A DNA stretch of 59,575 nucleotides from Methyloceanibacter sp. (lineage in GTDB: Bacteria > Pseudomonadota > Alphaproteobacteria > Rhizobiales > Methyloligellaceae). Below the pieces are notes generated by a model that was given only the letters and a program-made list of their open reading frames with translations, was not told where the DNA came from and did no database searches. The position numbers and the translations under genes were made by a program. The stretch lies in NCBI GenBank assembly GCA_035689365.1, contig DASSLP010000136.1:1-59575 (forward strand), given 5' to 3'. Within the stretch, counting starts at the first letter, position 1; each line of letters opens with the position of its first letter. Positions 21,401-30,146 of this stretch are shown piece by piece.

Positions 21401-22922
21401 GGCTCCGCGCGCCGCCCTGAAAGCGCAGATCGCCGCGGAACTTGGTTCCACTTAGCTCACCGGTGGCTTCCGCGAGCTTGAGCTCGCCGTCGCCGACCTT
21501 GGCCATGCCTTGCAGGCTGAATTCGCCGGTCGAAACTTGCCCTGAGGTGTCGCGGTCGCCCGCCGCCCAGCGGGTCAGCGGTCGAAGGCCTGAGCCCGCG
21601 ATCTTGATGGGACCGGTGAACACCGGGCCAAAATCGCCATGGGTCAGGCGGCCCGAGGTTTCGATATTGTTGCCGCCCGGCAGCACGGCCTTGAGCCGCT
21701 CGACCTTGAGCCCGCCGTCCTGTGTTGAAAGAGCGAGATCGATAGTGCCGATGAGGTCGCCGCCAAGGCTCGCCTGCTCGAGGTTGACGGCAAGGCTCCC
21801 CTCTCCAAATCCTGCCGCCTCACCGAGGGCCTGGTCGGCAAACGCATAAAGCACCGCCGCGGGAGATGGCTGCACCTGTGCGCCCGGCGCACCGAACAGA
21901 AGATCGAGATCGACGAAACTCGCGGTGACCTCACCTGTCGTCTTGAACCGATCGGCATAGTCGAACGTGAGCTTGCCCTTGAGCAGCTGCGGATGGCCAT
22001 TGGAATGGATAGTGAGATCGAAATCGGAAAGTTCGGCCGCTTCCGGTGTCGCCTTGAGCGGGCCCTTCAATTCGAGCAGCGATGATTTGTCAGCCGGCTG
22101 CGAAGCTGCTTGTTGCTGTTGGTCTTCGTTTGCAGGCTCGCTCTCCTCCTCGGCCTCGCCGCCTGGCGCGGCCTTGGCCACACGCACGACGATGTTGCCG
22201 TCATAAACGAGTTTGCCTCCGAGTCCCGTCACGCCGCCATCGAGGAGATAGGCGGTGTTGCGCTCGGGATCGCGCAGCGACGACTTGACTCTGAACAGGC
22301 CGGAAGCATCGGGCTCGCTGGTCGAGAAGCGAAGCTCCTGTGTGCGTCCCTCGAATTCATAGGTAGCTGAGACCTTGTAGGGTCCGGACAAGGACTGGGC
22401 ACTTGCCGCACCATTGACCTTGCCGAGGGTCAGCCGCGGCGCGCCCTCCTTGGTGATCTCGACACGGCCGCCGCTCACATTGACCGAATCGAGCATCACG
22501 TCCTTTGGCGCGAAGGGAAGAGCAACGCCACGGCGGCCGACATCGCTCCAATTGCCGGTGCCGTCGGCCTTGACGTCGAGACGCAACACCGGATCGACGA
22601 TGGAGATCTGCTTCGCCTCCATGCCGCCGCTCATCAGAGCGCCGATGTTGAGCCAGGCCTCGACCGAGCGGGCCTCGAGGAACGGACGATCAAGCAGCCC
22701 CTGCTGGTCGGCAACCTTGATGTCGTCGAATCTGAGCTCAGGCGCGGGCAAGAGGACGAGGTGCACCTCCCCGCCGACCTTGACCTGGCGGCCGAGCAGC
22801 TTGGTCGCTTGCGTCTCGAACACCGGGCGGTAGTCGTTCCAGTCGATAAAGAGCGGCGCGGCAAACAGCGCGCTCAGCACCAAGATCAGAAATGCCGTCA
22901 AACCGAGCAGAAATGAGTTCAC
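18438..22922 (-). CDS. Large AsmA-family envelope protein with a Pro/Ala/Glu-rich tail
   Basis: N-terminal TM anchor followed by APLFIDWNDYR..FETQA..LLGR, a long beta-rich body and a low-complexity C-terminus; 1494 aa. Confidence 0.88.
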   Translation of the reverse strand: MNSFLLGLTAFLILVLSALFAAPLFIDWNDYRPVFETQATKLLGRQVKVGGEVHLVLLPAPELRFDDIKVADQQGLLDRPFLEARSVEAWLNIGALMSGGMEAKQISIVDPVLRLDVKADGTGNWSDVGRRGVALPFAPKDVMLDSVNVSGGRVEITKEGAPRLTLGKVNGAASAQSLSGPYKVSATYEFEGRTQELRFSTSEPDASGLFRVKSSLRDPERNTAYLLDGGVTGLGGKLVYDGNIVVRVAKAAPGGEAEEESEPANEDQQQQAASQPADKSSLLELKGPLKATPEAAELSDFDLTIHSNGHPQLLKGKLTFDYADRFKTTGEVTASFVDLDLLFGAPGAQVQPSPAAVLYAFADQALGEAAGFGEGSLAVNLEQASLGGDLIGTIDLALSTQDGGLKVERLKAVLPGGNNIETSGRLTHGDFGPVFTGPIKIAGSGLRPLTRWAAGDRDTSGQVSTGEFSLQGMAKVGDGELKLAEATGELSGTKFRGDLRFQGGARSLIELSLDSDRLDLRDMIGDGPIWRSWMPEVSTPAVAPTPQAAPTEEQNLLSQFRDDDVRVTLRVGELLLPNIPAGKLGARFSLINGTLDVEQLDFAAGSAIAFNGKGRIEQLSEAPSGRVDFALKASTPDSLHIASGLFGLPDSVTKSPHLASLAPLDLHVGLVAGREGDATRASVQLGGQAGGSGIALAAHAVGEPAKLSEAKIDLDGSVTGARPEAILVLLFPDLPAERLAAASGGSQGKLSVNLAGVPKTKVVGKAELATATMDIAFEGQGSLQESGIALAGKGSATSKDASLALMLVGFEAPPSAAGVPLSLRADLVKQGPSIDLTGVKGMVAGQAVAGSAHFDKNGSKTRFKLAASADSVSLPSLLGLLVAWQRTPSTEEMLGAIGAGASEVWPSRGFSLGIIENSEGDITLSTGKLALGEPFQVTGATLTGRVDKNGLNVTSLTGHLFGGTFAASGSLTPLGAGADLKAHAEIAGGKLDDLSKSIFDNSLAKGPFDLAFNLQGEGLSPPGLVAGLSGEGTLSLGPGAVLALNPDPLRRVAVVASNTRIKVDREQIAEEARTVRDKVTKGIYKYGPVKLAFDIKSGTLRLAPTTLASPTGVTKINGYVELASLKLDSEWAVNLAGGKNQDVPPVTLVFAGALSQADAISPSIDTGAIESYLTMRRMREDVERLETLDVSGKTQPPVDDTGPAAESPPPEPPVEAGQPSEPSPRAETEQPQEALPQSAPASSADVAPTPTEAREEAPAQPEESDGIARVLADPANQPAGEPSAEPSGQEAPAPSAETAKPGALPVAPPIKAAEPETSPPIAPTIAAPEETPAPPAEAAKPGTSPPAAPPIEAAEPEASPRSAPTIAEPKEASAPPAEAVKPETSPPAAPPIETAEPEASPPSAPTVAAPAEAPLPSPEAQPAAAAPAIASPEEPPLPTPTPDAAASTEAQPTAAAADVAAPPRQRSSSRPRRSLSAPREAPDAWKKGISIFGP
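18680..19050 (-). repeat. Three degenerate tandem copies of about 120-123 bp (40-41 aa) in the AsmA tail
   Basis: The anchor CAG(C/T)TTCGGCGG recurs at 18785, 18908 and 19028. The peptide unit is AEAAKPGTSPPAAPPIEAAEPEASP... Confidence 0.85.
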
Positions 22923-23013
22923 TGCCGTCCAGGCCTAAGGGTTAGCTGGGTCGCGCGATTCTCTGCGGCAAACGCCCACGGCGTCAGCACGGTCCCGGTC
23001 CCCGCGACGCTCG

Positions 23014-24429
23014 TCATGCTAACGCAAAAATCTTACCAGGATTGAGGATATTCAAAGGGTCGAGCGCCTTTTTTATGGCAATCATGACCTCGACTCCGGA
23101 CCCGTGCTCGGCCCTGAGATAGGAAATTTTGCCTTCTCCGACCCCGTGCTCGCCCGTGCAGGTCCCGCCGAAGCCAAGCGCCCTTTCAATTAGCCTATCG
23201 AGGAAGGCCTGCACCTTAAGCCTCTCCTCGGCATCGGCAGGGTCGATCAGCGGCATGACGTGGAAGTTGCCATCGCCGACATGGCCTACGATCGGCGCGA
23301 GCAAGCCGAGGGAATCGATGTCGCGGCGTGTTTCGGTCACGCAGTCGGCAAGTGCCGAGATCGGTACGCAGACATCGGTCGAGAGCACCTCTGCGCCAGG
23401 CCTGAGCCCGCGGGCTGCCCAATAGGCATCGTGGCGGGCCTGCCAGAGCTTGTTGCGGTCCTCGGGCCGCTCGGCCCACTTGAAGTCTCCTCCCCCTTCG
23501 CCGCGAGCGATCTCTGCAAAGGTCTCGACCTGCTCGCGCGCGCTTTGCGCTGTGCCGTGGAATTCGAGAAAGAGCGTCGGAACCTCCGGCAGGCTGACAT
23601 GCGAATAGGCGTTGCAGGCACGGATCTGCACCTCATCCGCAAGCTCGATGCGGGCAAGCGGCAGACCCATCTGCAGCGCGGCGATCGTGGCGTTGCAGGC
23701 GCCAGCGATGGAGGTGAAGGGGCACACCGCCGAGAGAATCGTCTCAGGGATGCCGTAGAGCTTGAGCGTGAGACCGGTGATGATCCCGAGCGTTCCCTCA
23801 GAGCCGACCAGAAGCCGGGTGAGGTCGTAGCCCGCGGAAGATTTTCGGGCCCTGCCCCCGGTCTTGATCACGCTGCCGTCGGCAAGAACGGCTGAGAGTC
23901 CGAGCACCAAATTGCGCATGGTGCCATAGCGCACGGCATTGGTACCGGACGCGCGCGTCGCCGCCATGCCGCCAAGACTGGCATCGGCGCCTGGATCGAC
24001 GGGGAAGAACAGGCCCGCGTCGCGCAGGTGATCGTTAAGCTGCTTGCGGGTGACACCGGGCTCGACCACGCAATCGAGGTCTGCCTCGTGCACCGCGACG
24101 ATGCGGTTCATGCGCGAGAGATCGAGCGAGACGCCGCCGAAGGGCGCGTTGACATGGCCTTCAAGTGAGGTGCCGGTGCCAAAAGGAATTATCGGCATGC
24201 GCGACGCCGCGCAGAGCTTCACGACATCCGAGACGTCGGCCTCAGATTCGGCGAACACGACGGCGTCGGGCGGTTCGCATCCGAGCCAGGTGAGAGTGTT
24301 GGCGTGCTGCTCGCGCAGAGCCTGGCTTGCCGAGAAGCGGTTGCCGAAACGTGCGGCAAGAGCGGAAAGTACAGCCTTCTTTCCCTCGCCCTTGGGGCGT
24401 TGCACTGCCTTGGCCAGACCTGCGGTCAT
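23014..24429 (-). CDS. FAD-linked oxidase, D-lactate dehydrogenase/GlcD-like
   Basis: PFGTGTSLEG, GTNAVRYG, GSEGTLG, GHVGDGNFH, GEHGVG and DPLNILNPGK. Confidence 0.92.
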   Translation of the reverse strand: MTAGLAKAVQRPKGEGKKAVLSALAARFGNRFSASQALREQHANTLTWLGCEPPDAVVFAESEADVSDVVKLCAASRMPIIPFGTGTSLEGHVNAPFGGVSLDLSRMNRIVAVHEADLDCVVEPGVTRKQLNDHLRDAGLFFPVDPGADASLGGMAATRASGTNAVRYGTMRNLVLGLSAVLADGSVIKTGGRARKSSAGYDLTRLLVGSEGTLGIITGLTLKLYGIPETILSAVCPFTSIAGACNATIAALQMGLPLARIELADEVQIRACNAYSHVSLPEVPTLFLEFHGTAQSAREQVETFAEIARGEGGGDFKWAERPEDRNKLWQARHDAYWAARGLRPGAEVLSTDVCVPISALADCVTETRRDIDSLGLLAPIVGHVGDGNFHVMPLIDPADAEERLKVQAFLDRLIERALGFGGTCTGEHGVGEGKISYLRAEHGSGVEVMIAIKKALDPLNILNPGKIFALA

Positions 24430-24480
24430 GGCCCGCATCTATAAGCTGATTTGCAGGGAAATGCCTGGGGGTTTTCGGGA

Positions 24481-25122
24481 TCAAATACCGGCCACGCCAA
24501 GCACCGCCGCGTAGTGGCAGCTCGCCGCCGTCAGCACAAAGCCGTGCCAGATGGCGTTCTGATAAGGCAGCCTCTCCCACAGGTGAAACACTACGCCGAT
24601 GGTGTAGAGCACGCCGCCGAGTCCCAGCAGAATCGCGACCCAGGTCGGCACCGCCGTCACCAGCGGGTGCCAGGCTGCGACAATCGCCCAACCCTGTATG
24701 AGATAGAGGCCCACCGTGAGGCCCTCGAGATAGCGCGGGAAAAGAAGCTTGATGGCAATCCCGATGGCGGCGATGGACCACACCACGGCGAGCAGTCCCA
24801 AACCCCAGGTGTTGTGCATCTTGATCAGGACGAACGGCGTGTAGGTGCCGGCGATCAGGAGAAAAATCGCGGCGTGATCGAGGCGGCGGAACACTTCCTT
24901 GAGCTTCGGTCGAACCGGAAGCGAGAGATTATAGCCCGCGGAGCACACGAACATCGCAACCAGCGCAAGGCCGTAGATCGCGAGGCTCACGCCCCATAGC
25001 AGCATCTGCGACTGGACGCCGATGATGAGGAGAGCGGTCAGCGCGATGAGACTCGCGGTGACGCCGATGATGTGGATGCATCCATCGGCAATGCGCTCAC
25101 CAAGGGTGTATTGCGGGAACAT
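24481..25122 (-). CDS. Hemolysin III/PAQR (TrhA-like) membrane protein
   Basis: RRLDHAAIFLLIAGTYTPF and AIWHGFV with 7 TM segments. The start may be 25164. Confidence 0.92.
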   Translation of the reverse strand: MFPQYTLGERIADGCIHIIGVTASLIALTALLIIGVQSQMLLWGVSLAIYGLALVAMFVCSAGYNLSLPVRPKLKEVFRRLDHAAIFLLIAGTYTPFVLIKMHNTWGLGLLAVVWSIAAIGIAIKLLFPRYLEGLTVGLYLIQGWAIVAAWHPLVTAVPTWVAILLGLGGVLYTIGVVFHLWERLPYQNAIWHGFVLTAASCHYAAVLGVAGI

Positions 25123-25226
25123 GACGCTGCCCAGATCGCTAAGCCGGTTCAATCCGTCTACCACTTAAGTCTGAAAATCAACTTAGCAAGCCATGTGGCA
25201 AGGATGAGGCGCATTGCCGCTCAACA

Positions 25227-25625
25227 TCATGGCCGAGGTATTCCTTGGCCACAAGCAGCCGAGCCAGTGGTGCAAACATAGGGCACGACCACGCCAGTGA
25301 AGCAGGTCGTGTAGAACTGGAAGGTAACGATGTCGGGCTTGATCTGCGCGTCGGCAGGGACACCGTTCGGTCGAACCGCCTTCCAAAACGGATCGCCCTT
25401 CACTCTGTGGGCATACAGGGTGAGGTAGGCCCAACCCCTCGCGCGCTTCAGTTGATTGGCGCTTTGAACAACAAGCGCCTGCGAGGTGTGGGCCGCCTCA
25501 GCCGGCGAGGCCTCGCTGGCCGTGGCCGTCACCAATTGGCAGGCGGCTTGCGCGAGCCCAGGGCTGCATAGGCTCAATCCCAAGATGCCAATTGAAGTGA
25601 AGCCGATCCGCAAGGCGTGAAGCAT
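25227..25625 (-). CDS. Secreted hypothetical protein, paralog B (132 aa)
   Basis: GGGAG RBS, signal peptide ending AQA-A, 4 mature-region Cys, and a C-terminal block near-identical to the neighbouring gene. Confidence 0.85.
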   Translation of the reverse strand: MLHALRIGFTSIGILGLSLCSPGLAQAACQLVTATASEASPAEAAHTSQALVVQSANQLKRARGWAYLTLYAHRVKGDPFWKAVRPNGVPADAQIKPDIVTFQFYTTCFTGVVVPYVCTTGSAACGQGIPRP

Positions 25626-25662
25626 CTTGCTTCTCCCGGTTGCCCGACGCGGGGGGCCCTGG

Positions 25663-26055
25663 TCAGCGGGCTCCGCAGACGGTTGAGCCTGTCGTACAGA
25701 CATAAGGCACGACAACGCCAGTGAAACAGGTCGTGTAAAAGCGCGACGTGACGAGATCGGGCTTGAGCTGCGCGTCGGGCGGCACGCCGTTCGGCCGAAC
25801 GGCCTTCCAGAACGGATCGCCCTTCACTCTCCGCGCGCTCATGGACATGTAGCTCCAGCCCCTGGCGCTCTTCAGTTGATAAGCGCTCTGGACAGCAAGC
25901 GCGCGCGAGCTCGCTGCGGCTTCAGTTTTGGAGGGGGCGCTATGGGTCGCCGTGATCAGCTGGCAGGCGGCTTCGGCGGACCCCATTCCGAATGAAGCAA
26001 ACGTAAACCCGGCAACTGCAAGCACAGCAACAGCCATCCTCAAAAATTGAAGCAT
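25663..26055 (-). CDS. Secreted hypothetical protein, paralog A (130 aa)
   Basis: GGGAG RBS, signal peptide ending AEA-A, 4 Cys; paralogous to 25227..25625. Confidence 0.85.
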   Translation of the reverse strand: MLQFLRMAVAVLAVAGFTFASFGMGSAEAACQLITATHSAPSKTEAAASSRALAVQSAYQLKSARGWSYMSMSARRVKGDPFWKAVRPNGVPPDAQLKPDLVTSRFYTTCFTGVVVPYVCTTGSTVCGAR

Positions 26056-26383
26056 GTCCCGTCTCCCAACTGAGGTGAAGTATGGCGTCTTGTTAGCCGG
26101 TGCGTCCTTGCGCACGCAACCGCCATAACAGACTTTTTCTGCGGTTTGTTGTCAAATTAAAGCTCGGAATTTTGCCCCATCGCGACACCGCGCCGCTCGC
26201 GCCCAAAACTTGATCACTGTCAGTGCACGGATGCACTCTCCAAGCGCATTGCCCCAGCGGGCGCTCCGCACATGGAATTTCCCGCAAGCGCGCTCGATAT
26301 AGGTCTTGAGAGCCCGCGCTTGCCCCCTACATCTCGGCGCTCTTTTTTTGCCGATTGCGGCCAATGGTATAGTTTTGGATTCG

Positions 26384-28720
26384 ATGACAAAGATTCGCGC
26401 CTCAGCCGTTGCTTTGCCTTCACCCGAACACGAGCAGCTCTCCACGTCGGAGCGGGCCATGCGGCGGGGGCCAAGTCACTATCTCGATGCGCTCAACCCC
26501 GAGCAGCGCGAGGCAGTCGAGACGCTCGACGGGCCGCTGCTCGTGCTGGCCGGCGCCGGCACCGGCAAGACGCGCGTGCTCACCACCCGCATCGCCCATA
26601 TTTTGAGCTTGGGCCGGGCGCGTCCGTCTCAGATTCTCGCAGTTACCTTCACCAACAAGGCCGCGCGCGAGATGAAGCAGCGCATCGGAGAGCTGATTGG
26701 CGGCGTGGTCGAAGGCATGCCTTGGCTCGGCACCTTCCACGCCATCGGCGTCAAGATCCTGCGCCGCCATGCCGAGCTCGTGGACTTGAAGCCATCCTTT
26801 ACCGTGCTCGACACCGACGACCAGATCAGGCTGCTCAAGCAGTTGCTCGAAGCGGAGAATATCGACGAGAAGCGCTGGCCTGCGCGTCTTCTCGCCTCGA
26901 TGATCGACGGCTGGAAGAATCGAGGCTTGCGGCCGGAGCGCGTGCCCGAGGGCGAGAGCTTCGCCTTCGCCAATGGCCGCGCGCGCGACCTTTACTCGGC
27001 TTATCAGCGGCGGCTGAAGGAGCTGAACGCCGCCGATTTCGGCGATCTGCTCTTGGAGAATCTGCGGCTGTTCCAAGAGCACCAGGATGTGCTGGAAAAA
27101 TACCAGCAACGCTTCCTTTACATGCTGGTCGACGAATACCAGGACTCAAATGTCGCGCAATATCTCTGGCTACGCCTGCTTGCCCAAGGCAATGGGAATA
27201 TTTGCTGCGTCGGCGATGACGACCAGTCGATCTATGGCTGGCGGGGCGCCGAGGTGGACAACATTCTCAGATTCGAGACCGACTTTCCCGGCGCCAAGAT
27301 CATCAGGCTCGAACGCAACTACCGCTCCACCGGGCATATTCTCGGCGCGGCCTCTGGGCTGATCGCCCATAACAAGGGCCGTCTCGGCAAGACGCTCCGC
27401 ACCGACGGCGAGGCTGGCGACAAAGTCCTGGTCGAGGGCTGTTGGGACGACGAGGAGGAAGCGCGCGTCATCGGCGAGGACATTGAGCAGCTCCAGCGCC
27501 AAGGTCATGCTTTGAGCGAGATCGCCATTTTGATGCGCGCCTCGTTCCAGATGCGCGCCTTCGAAGACCGCTTCATCACGCTCGGCCTGCCCTATCGCGT
27601 GATCGGGGGTCCGCGCTTCTATGAGCGCCAGGAGATCAAGGACGCCACTGCCTATTTCGAGGTGACGCTCAATCCGGCCAACGATCTCAAATTCGAGCGC
27701 ATCATCAATGTGCCGCGGCGGGGCCTTGGCGAATCCAGCCTCAAATCTCTTCACCAGCTTGCGCGGGCGCACGGCGTGCCGTTGTTTCAGGCTGCGCGGT
27801 TGATGATCGAGACCGAGGAGCTGAAGCCTAAGGCACGCAAGGCGCTCGCCGATCTGATTGCAGCCTTCGACCGCTGGCGCTCGCTGATCGACACCATGCG
27901 TCACACCGAGCTTGCCGAACTGATCCTCGATGAGTCCGGCTATACCGGCATGTGGCAGGCCGAGCGCTCGCCACAAGCGCAGTCGAAGCTCGAAAACCTG
28001 AAAGAGCTGATCCGCTTCATGGAGGAGTTCGACACGCTGGCCGGCTTCCTCGAGCACGTGGCCCTCGTCATGGATGCGCAGACCGAGGAAGGCGCAGACC
28101 GCGTCAACCTGATGACGCTGCATTCAGCCAAGGGTCTCGAATTCGATACAGTATTCCTTCCCGGCTGGGATGAAGGGTTGCTTCCGCATCAGCGGAGCCT
28201 CGATGAGGCAGGCCGCTCAGGGCTCGAAGAGGAGCGCCGGCTGGCGCATGTCGGGCTTACGCGCGCAAGGACCCGCGCCAAGATCACCTTCGCCCAGAAC
28301 CGCCGCACACGCGGCACTTGGCAGACGGCATTGCCGTCACGCTTCATCGACGAATTGCCGGTCGAACATGTCGAAGTCGCGGAGGACAAGGGTCTACGCG
28401 GCTATGGGCCGAGCCGCTTCGACACGGCGGAGAATCTATTCGCGAGCGGTTTCTACGAGACGCCGGGGTGGCAGCGCGCGCAACGCAACCGGCCGCGCGG
28501 CGGTGCGCCGCAAGCGCCGCGCCGCGAGCCGATCACCATCGACGGCACGCTGGTCGCAGCGAGCACCGCGGAAGGCGCAGGGCTTAAGATTGGCATGCGG
28601 GTGTTCCACCAGAAATTCGGCTATGGCCGGGTGGCCCATGTCGACGGCAACAAGCTCACCGTCGATTTCGATAAGGCAGGGCAGAAGAAGGTGGTCGACA
28701 CCTTTATCGAGCGCGCCTGA
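26384..28720 (+). CDS. uvrD: UvrD/PcrA-family DNA helicase
   Basis: LAGAGTGKT, LVDEYQD, VGDDDQSIY, LERNYRS, LMTLHSAKGLEF, EERRL and a C-terminal Tudor-like RVFHQKFGYG. An extended -10 TGGTATAGT lies at 26365-26373. Confidence 0.96.
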   Translation: MTKIRASAVALPSPEHEQLSTSERAMRRGPSHYLDALNPEQREAVETLDGPLLVLAGAGTGKTRVLTTRIAHILSLGRARPSQILAVTFTNKAAREMKQRIGELIGGVVEGMPWLGTFHAIGVKILRRHAELVDLKPSFTVLDTDDQIRLLKQLLEAENIDEKRWPARLLASMIDGWKNRGLRPERVPEGESFAFANGRARDLYSAYQRRLKELNAADFGDLLLENLRLFQEHQDVLEKYQQRFLYMLVDEYQDSNVAQYLWLRLLAQGNGNICCVGDDDQSIYGWRGAEVDNILRFETDFPGAKIIRLERNYRSTGHILGAASGLIAHNKGRLGKTLRTDGEAGDKVLVEGCWDDEEEARVIGEDIEQLQRQGHALSEIAILMRASFQMRAFEDRFITLGLPYRVIGGPRFYERQEIKDATAYFEVTLNPANDLKFERIINVPRRGLGESSLKSLHQLARAHGVPLFQAARLMIETEELKPKARKALADLIAAFDRWRSLIDTMRHTELAELILDESGYTGMWQAERSPQAQSKLENLKELIRFMEEFDTLAGFLEHVALVMDAQTEEGADRVNLMTLHSAKGLEFDTVFLPGWDEGLLPHQRSLDEAGRSGLEEERRLAHVGLTRARTRAKITFAQNRRTRGTWQTALPSRFIDELPVEHVEVAEDKGLRGYGPSRFDTAENLFASGFYETPGWQRAQRNRPRGGAPQAPRREPITIDGTLVAASTAEGAGLKIGMRVFHQKFGYGRVAHVDGNKLTVDFDKAGQKKVVDTFIERA

Positions 28721-28798
28721 GCAATTCACAGCCTTTTTCGGCGGATTCTCGTTGGATTTTTTGAGCGGGGCGCAAGCGATTCTTTGCAATTTTTGTGA

Positions 28799-28813
28799 GA
28801 ACAAAACGTGTAC
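28799..28813 (+). promoter_or_regulatory. Putative alphaproteobacterial LexA (SOS) box GAAC-N7-GTAC
   Basis: GAAC AAAACGT GTAC in an AT-rich intergenic region, about 50 bp upstream of a small CDS. Confidence 0.6.
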
Positions 28814-28861
28814 CTTCGCGGGGGCGGCGGGTGGTGAATGCACGTGATGAGGGAGATGCCT

Positions 28862-29131
28862 ATGCGTGCCGCTATCGTCTTCGTTCTTGGCTTGTTCCTG
28901 CTGCTCACCATGTCTGTTGCTTATGCCGACGACGCCTGCCGTTGCCGTGGCTGCGGCTGCAAGGGCGGTCCAGCCTGGCGCGGGTCTGATGGGCTGTGCG
29001 TGTCCAAGGCCTCGCTCGCTAAGGTCTGTGGCACGCCGGCTGGAGCGCCGTGCAAACAGGAGTCGGCAACACGCGTCTGCTTCGGCGGGCAATCCGCGCT
29101 GGCCGCCCCGAAGCCGGCGCAGCCGCAATGA
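28862..29131 (+). CDS. Small secreted Cys-rich hypothetical protein (89 aa, 8 Cys)
   Basis: GAGGGAG RBS, signal peptide ending AYA-D, then CRCRGCGCKGGPAWRGSDGLCV...VCG...C...C. Confidence 0.8.
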   Translation: MRAAIVFVLGLFLLLTMSVAYADDACRCRGCGCKGGPAWRGSDGLCVSKASLAKVCGTPAGAPCKQESATRVCFGGQSALAAPKPAQPQ

Positions 29132-29185
29132 GTCTCGGCATCGAGGTTTGCTTGCGGATGGCGCGGTCGCTTAAGCTGCCGCGCC

Positions 29186-30111
29186 ATGCAAGATCTGGCC
29201 GAGCGCGCGCCTGCTTCCCTCTGCCGCGATAAACCGCGGAGAGATGGAGCAGAGACATCGATCTTCTACCAGGCGACTGTCGTGACAGATGAAGCTGCGG
29301 CGGAACGAATAGCGCGTGCGCTCGAAGAGACTTTCGATCCAAGGGACGCTTCGAGGTCTTCGCCCATTTCGCCGAGGCTCCGCCCCGCGATGCGCTGCTT
29401 GCGCTGATCGAACACGCCGCAGATGGCGCACCACACATGGCTTTGCGTATCGAGCAAGTCGCCGACGAGGATTGGGTGACGCTGACGCAGGGTAAGCGCA
29501 GACCTGTCGAAGCCGGGCGTTTTCTCGTTTATGGCAGTCACGATCGAGCGCGAGTGGCGCATCGTCTGCTCGCCATCGAGATCGACGCCGGGCAAGCTTT
29601 CGGCACGGCGCATCATGCAAGCACGCGCGGCTGCCTCATCGCGCTCGACGACGTGTTGAAGCGTTCCCGTCCGCGATCAATCCTCGACATCGGAACCGGC
29701 ACCGGCGTTCTCGTCATCGCCGCAGCCAAGGCACTGAAACGGCCCGCCCTGGCAACCGACGACGATCCGCTCGCGGTCGACATCGCCCGCGACAATGCGC
29801 GGAAGAACGGCGTCGTTTCCTTGGTTCGGGTATTGAAAGCAACTGGCTTCGCCTACGAGAAGCTCCGGTCGGCTCCCGATCTCGTGCTCGCCAATCTGCT
29901 CGAGCGCGCTCTTTACGAGCTGGCGCCGACGCTTGCGCGCTACATCCCTCCGCATGGACGCGCGATTCTCTCCGGCCTCACCAGCGACCTGGCGCGCGGC
30001 ACCCAAGCGCGTTACCGCGCGCACGGCTTCATCCTCGAAAAACGCATCATTCTCGACGGATGGACAACCTTGGTGATAGTCCGCCGCAACGGCCAAGCTT
30101 TGCGTGATTGA
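29186..30111 (+). pseudogene. prmA: Ribosomal protein L11 methyltransferase, frameshifted near 29340
   Basis: The C-part has EDWV, IDAGQAFGTAHH, LDIGTGTGVL and LVLANL, and extends upstream in frame to KGRFEVFAHF (29341). The N-part YQATVVTDEAAAERIARALEETFDP is in another frame. The start is uncertain. Confidence 0.8.
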
Positions 30112-30146
30112 TCGGGGCAGCGCTTTGCGCTTACATACGCCCGCCC

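Noticed and set aside
26210-26223. FixK/Fnr-like TTGAT-N4-GTCAG between the paralog pair and uvrD
   Set aside because: The palindrome is imperfect and no correctly spaced promoter could be identified.
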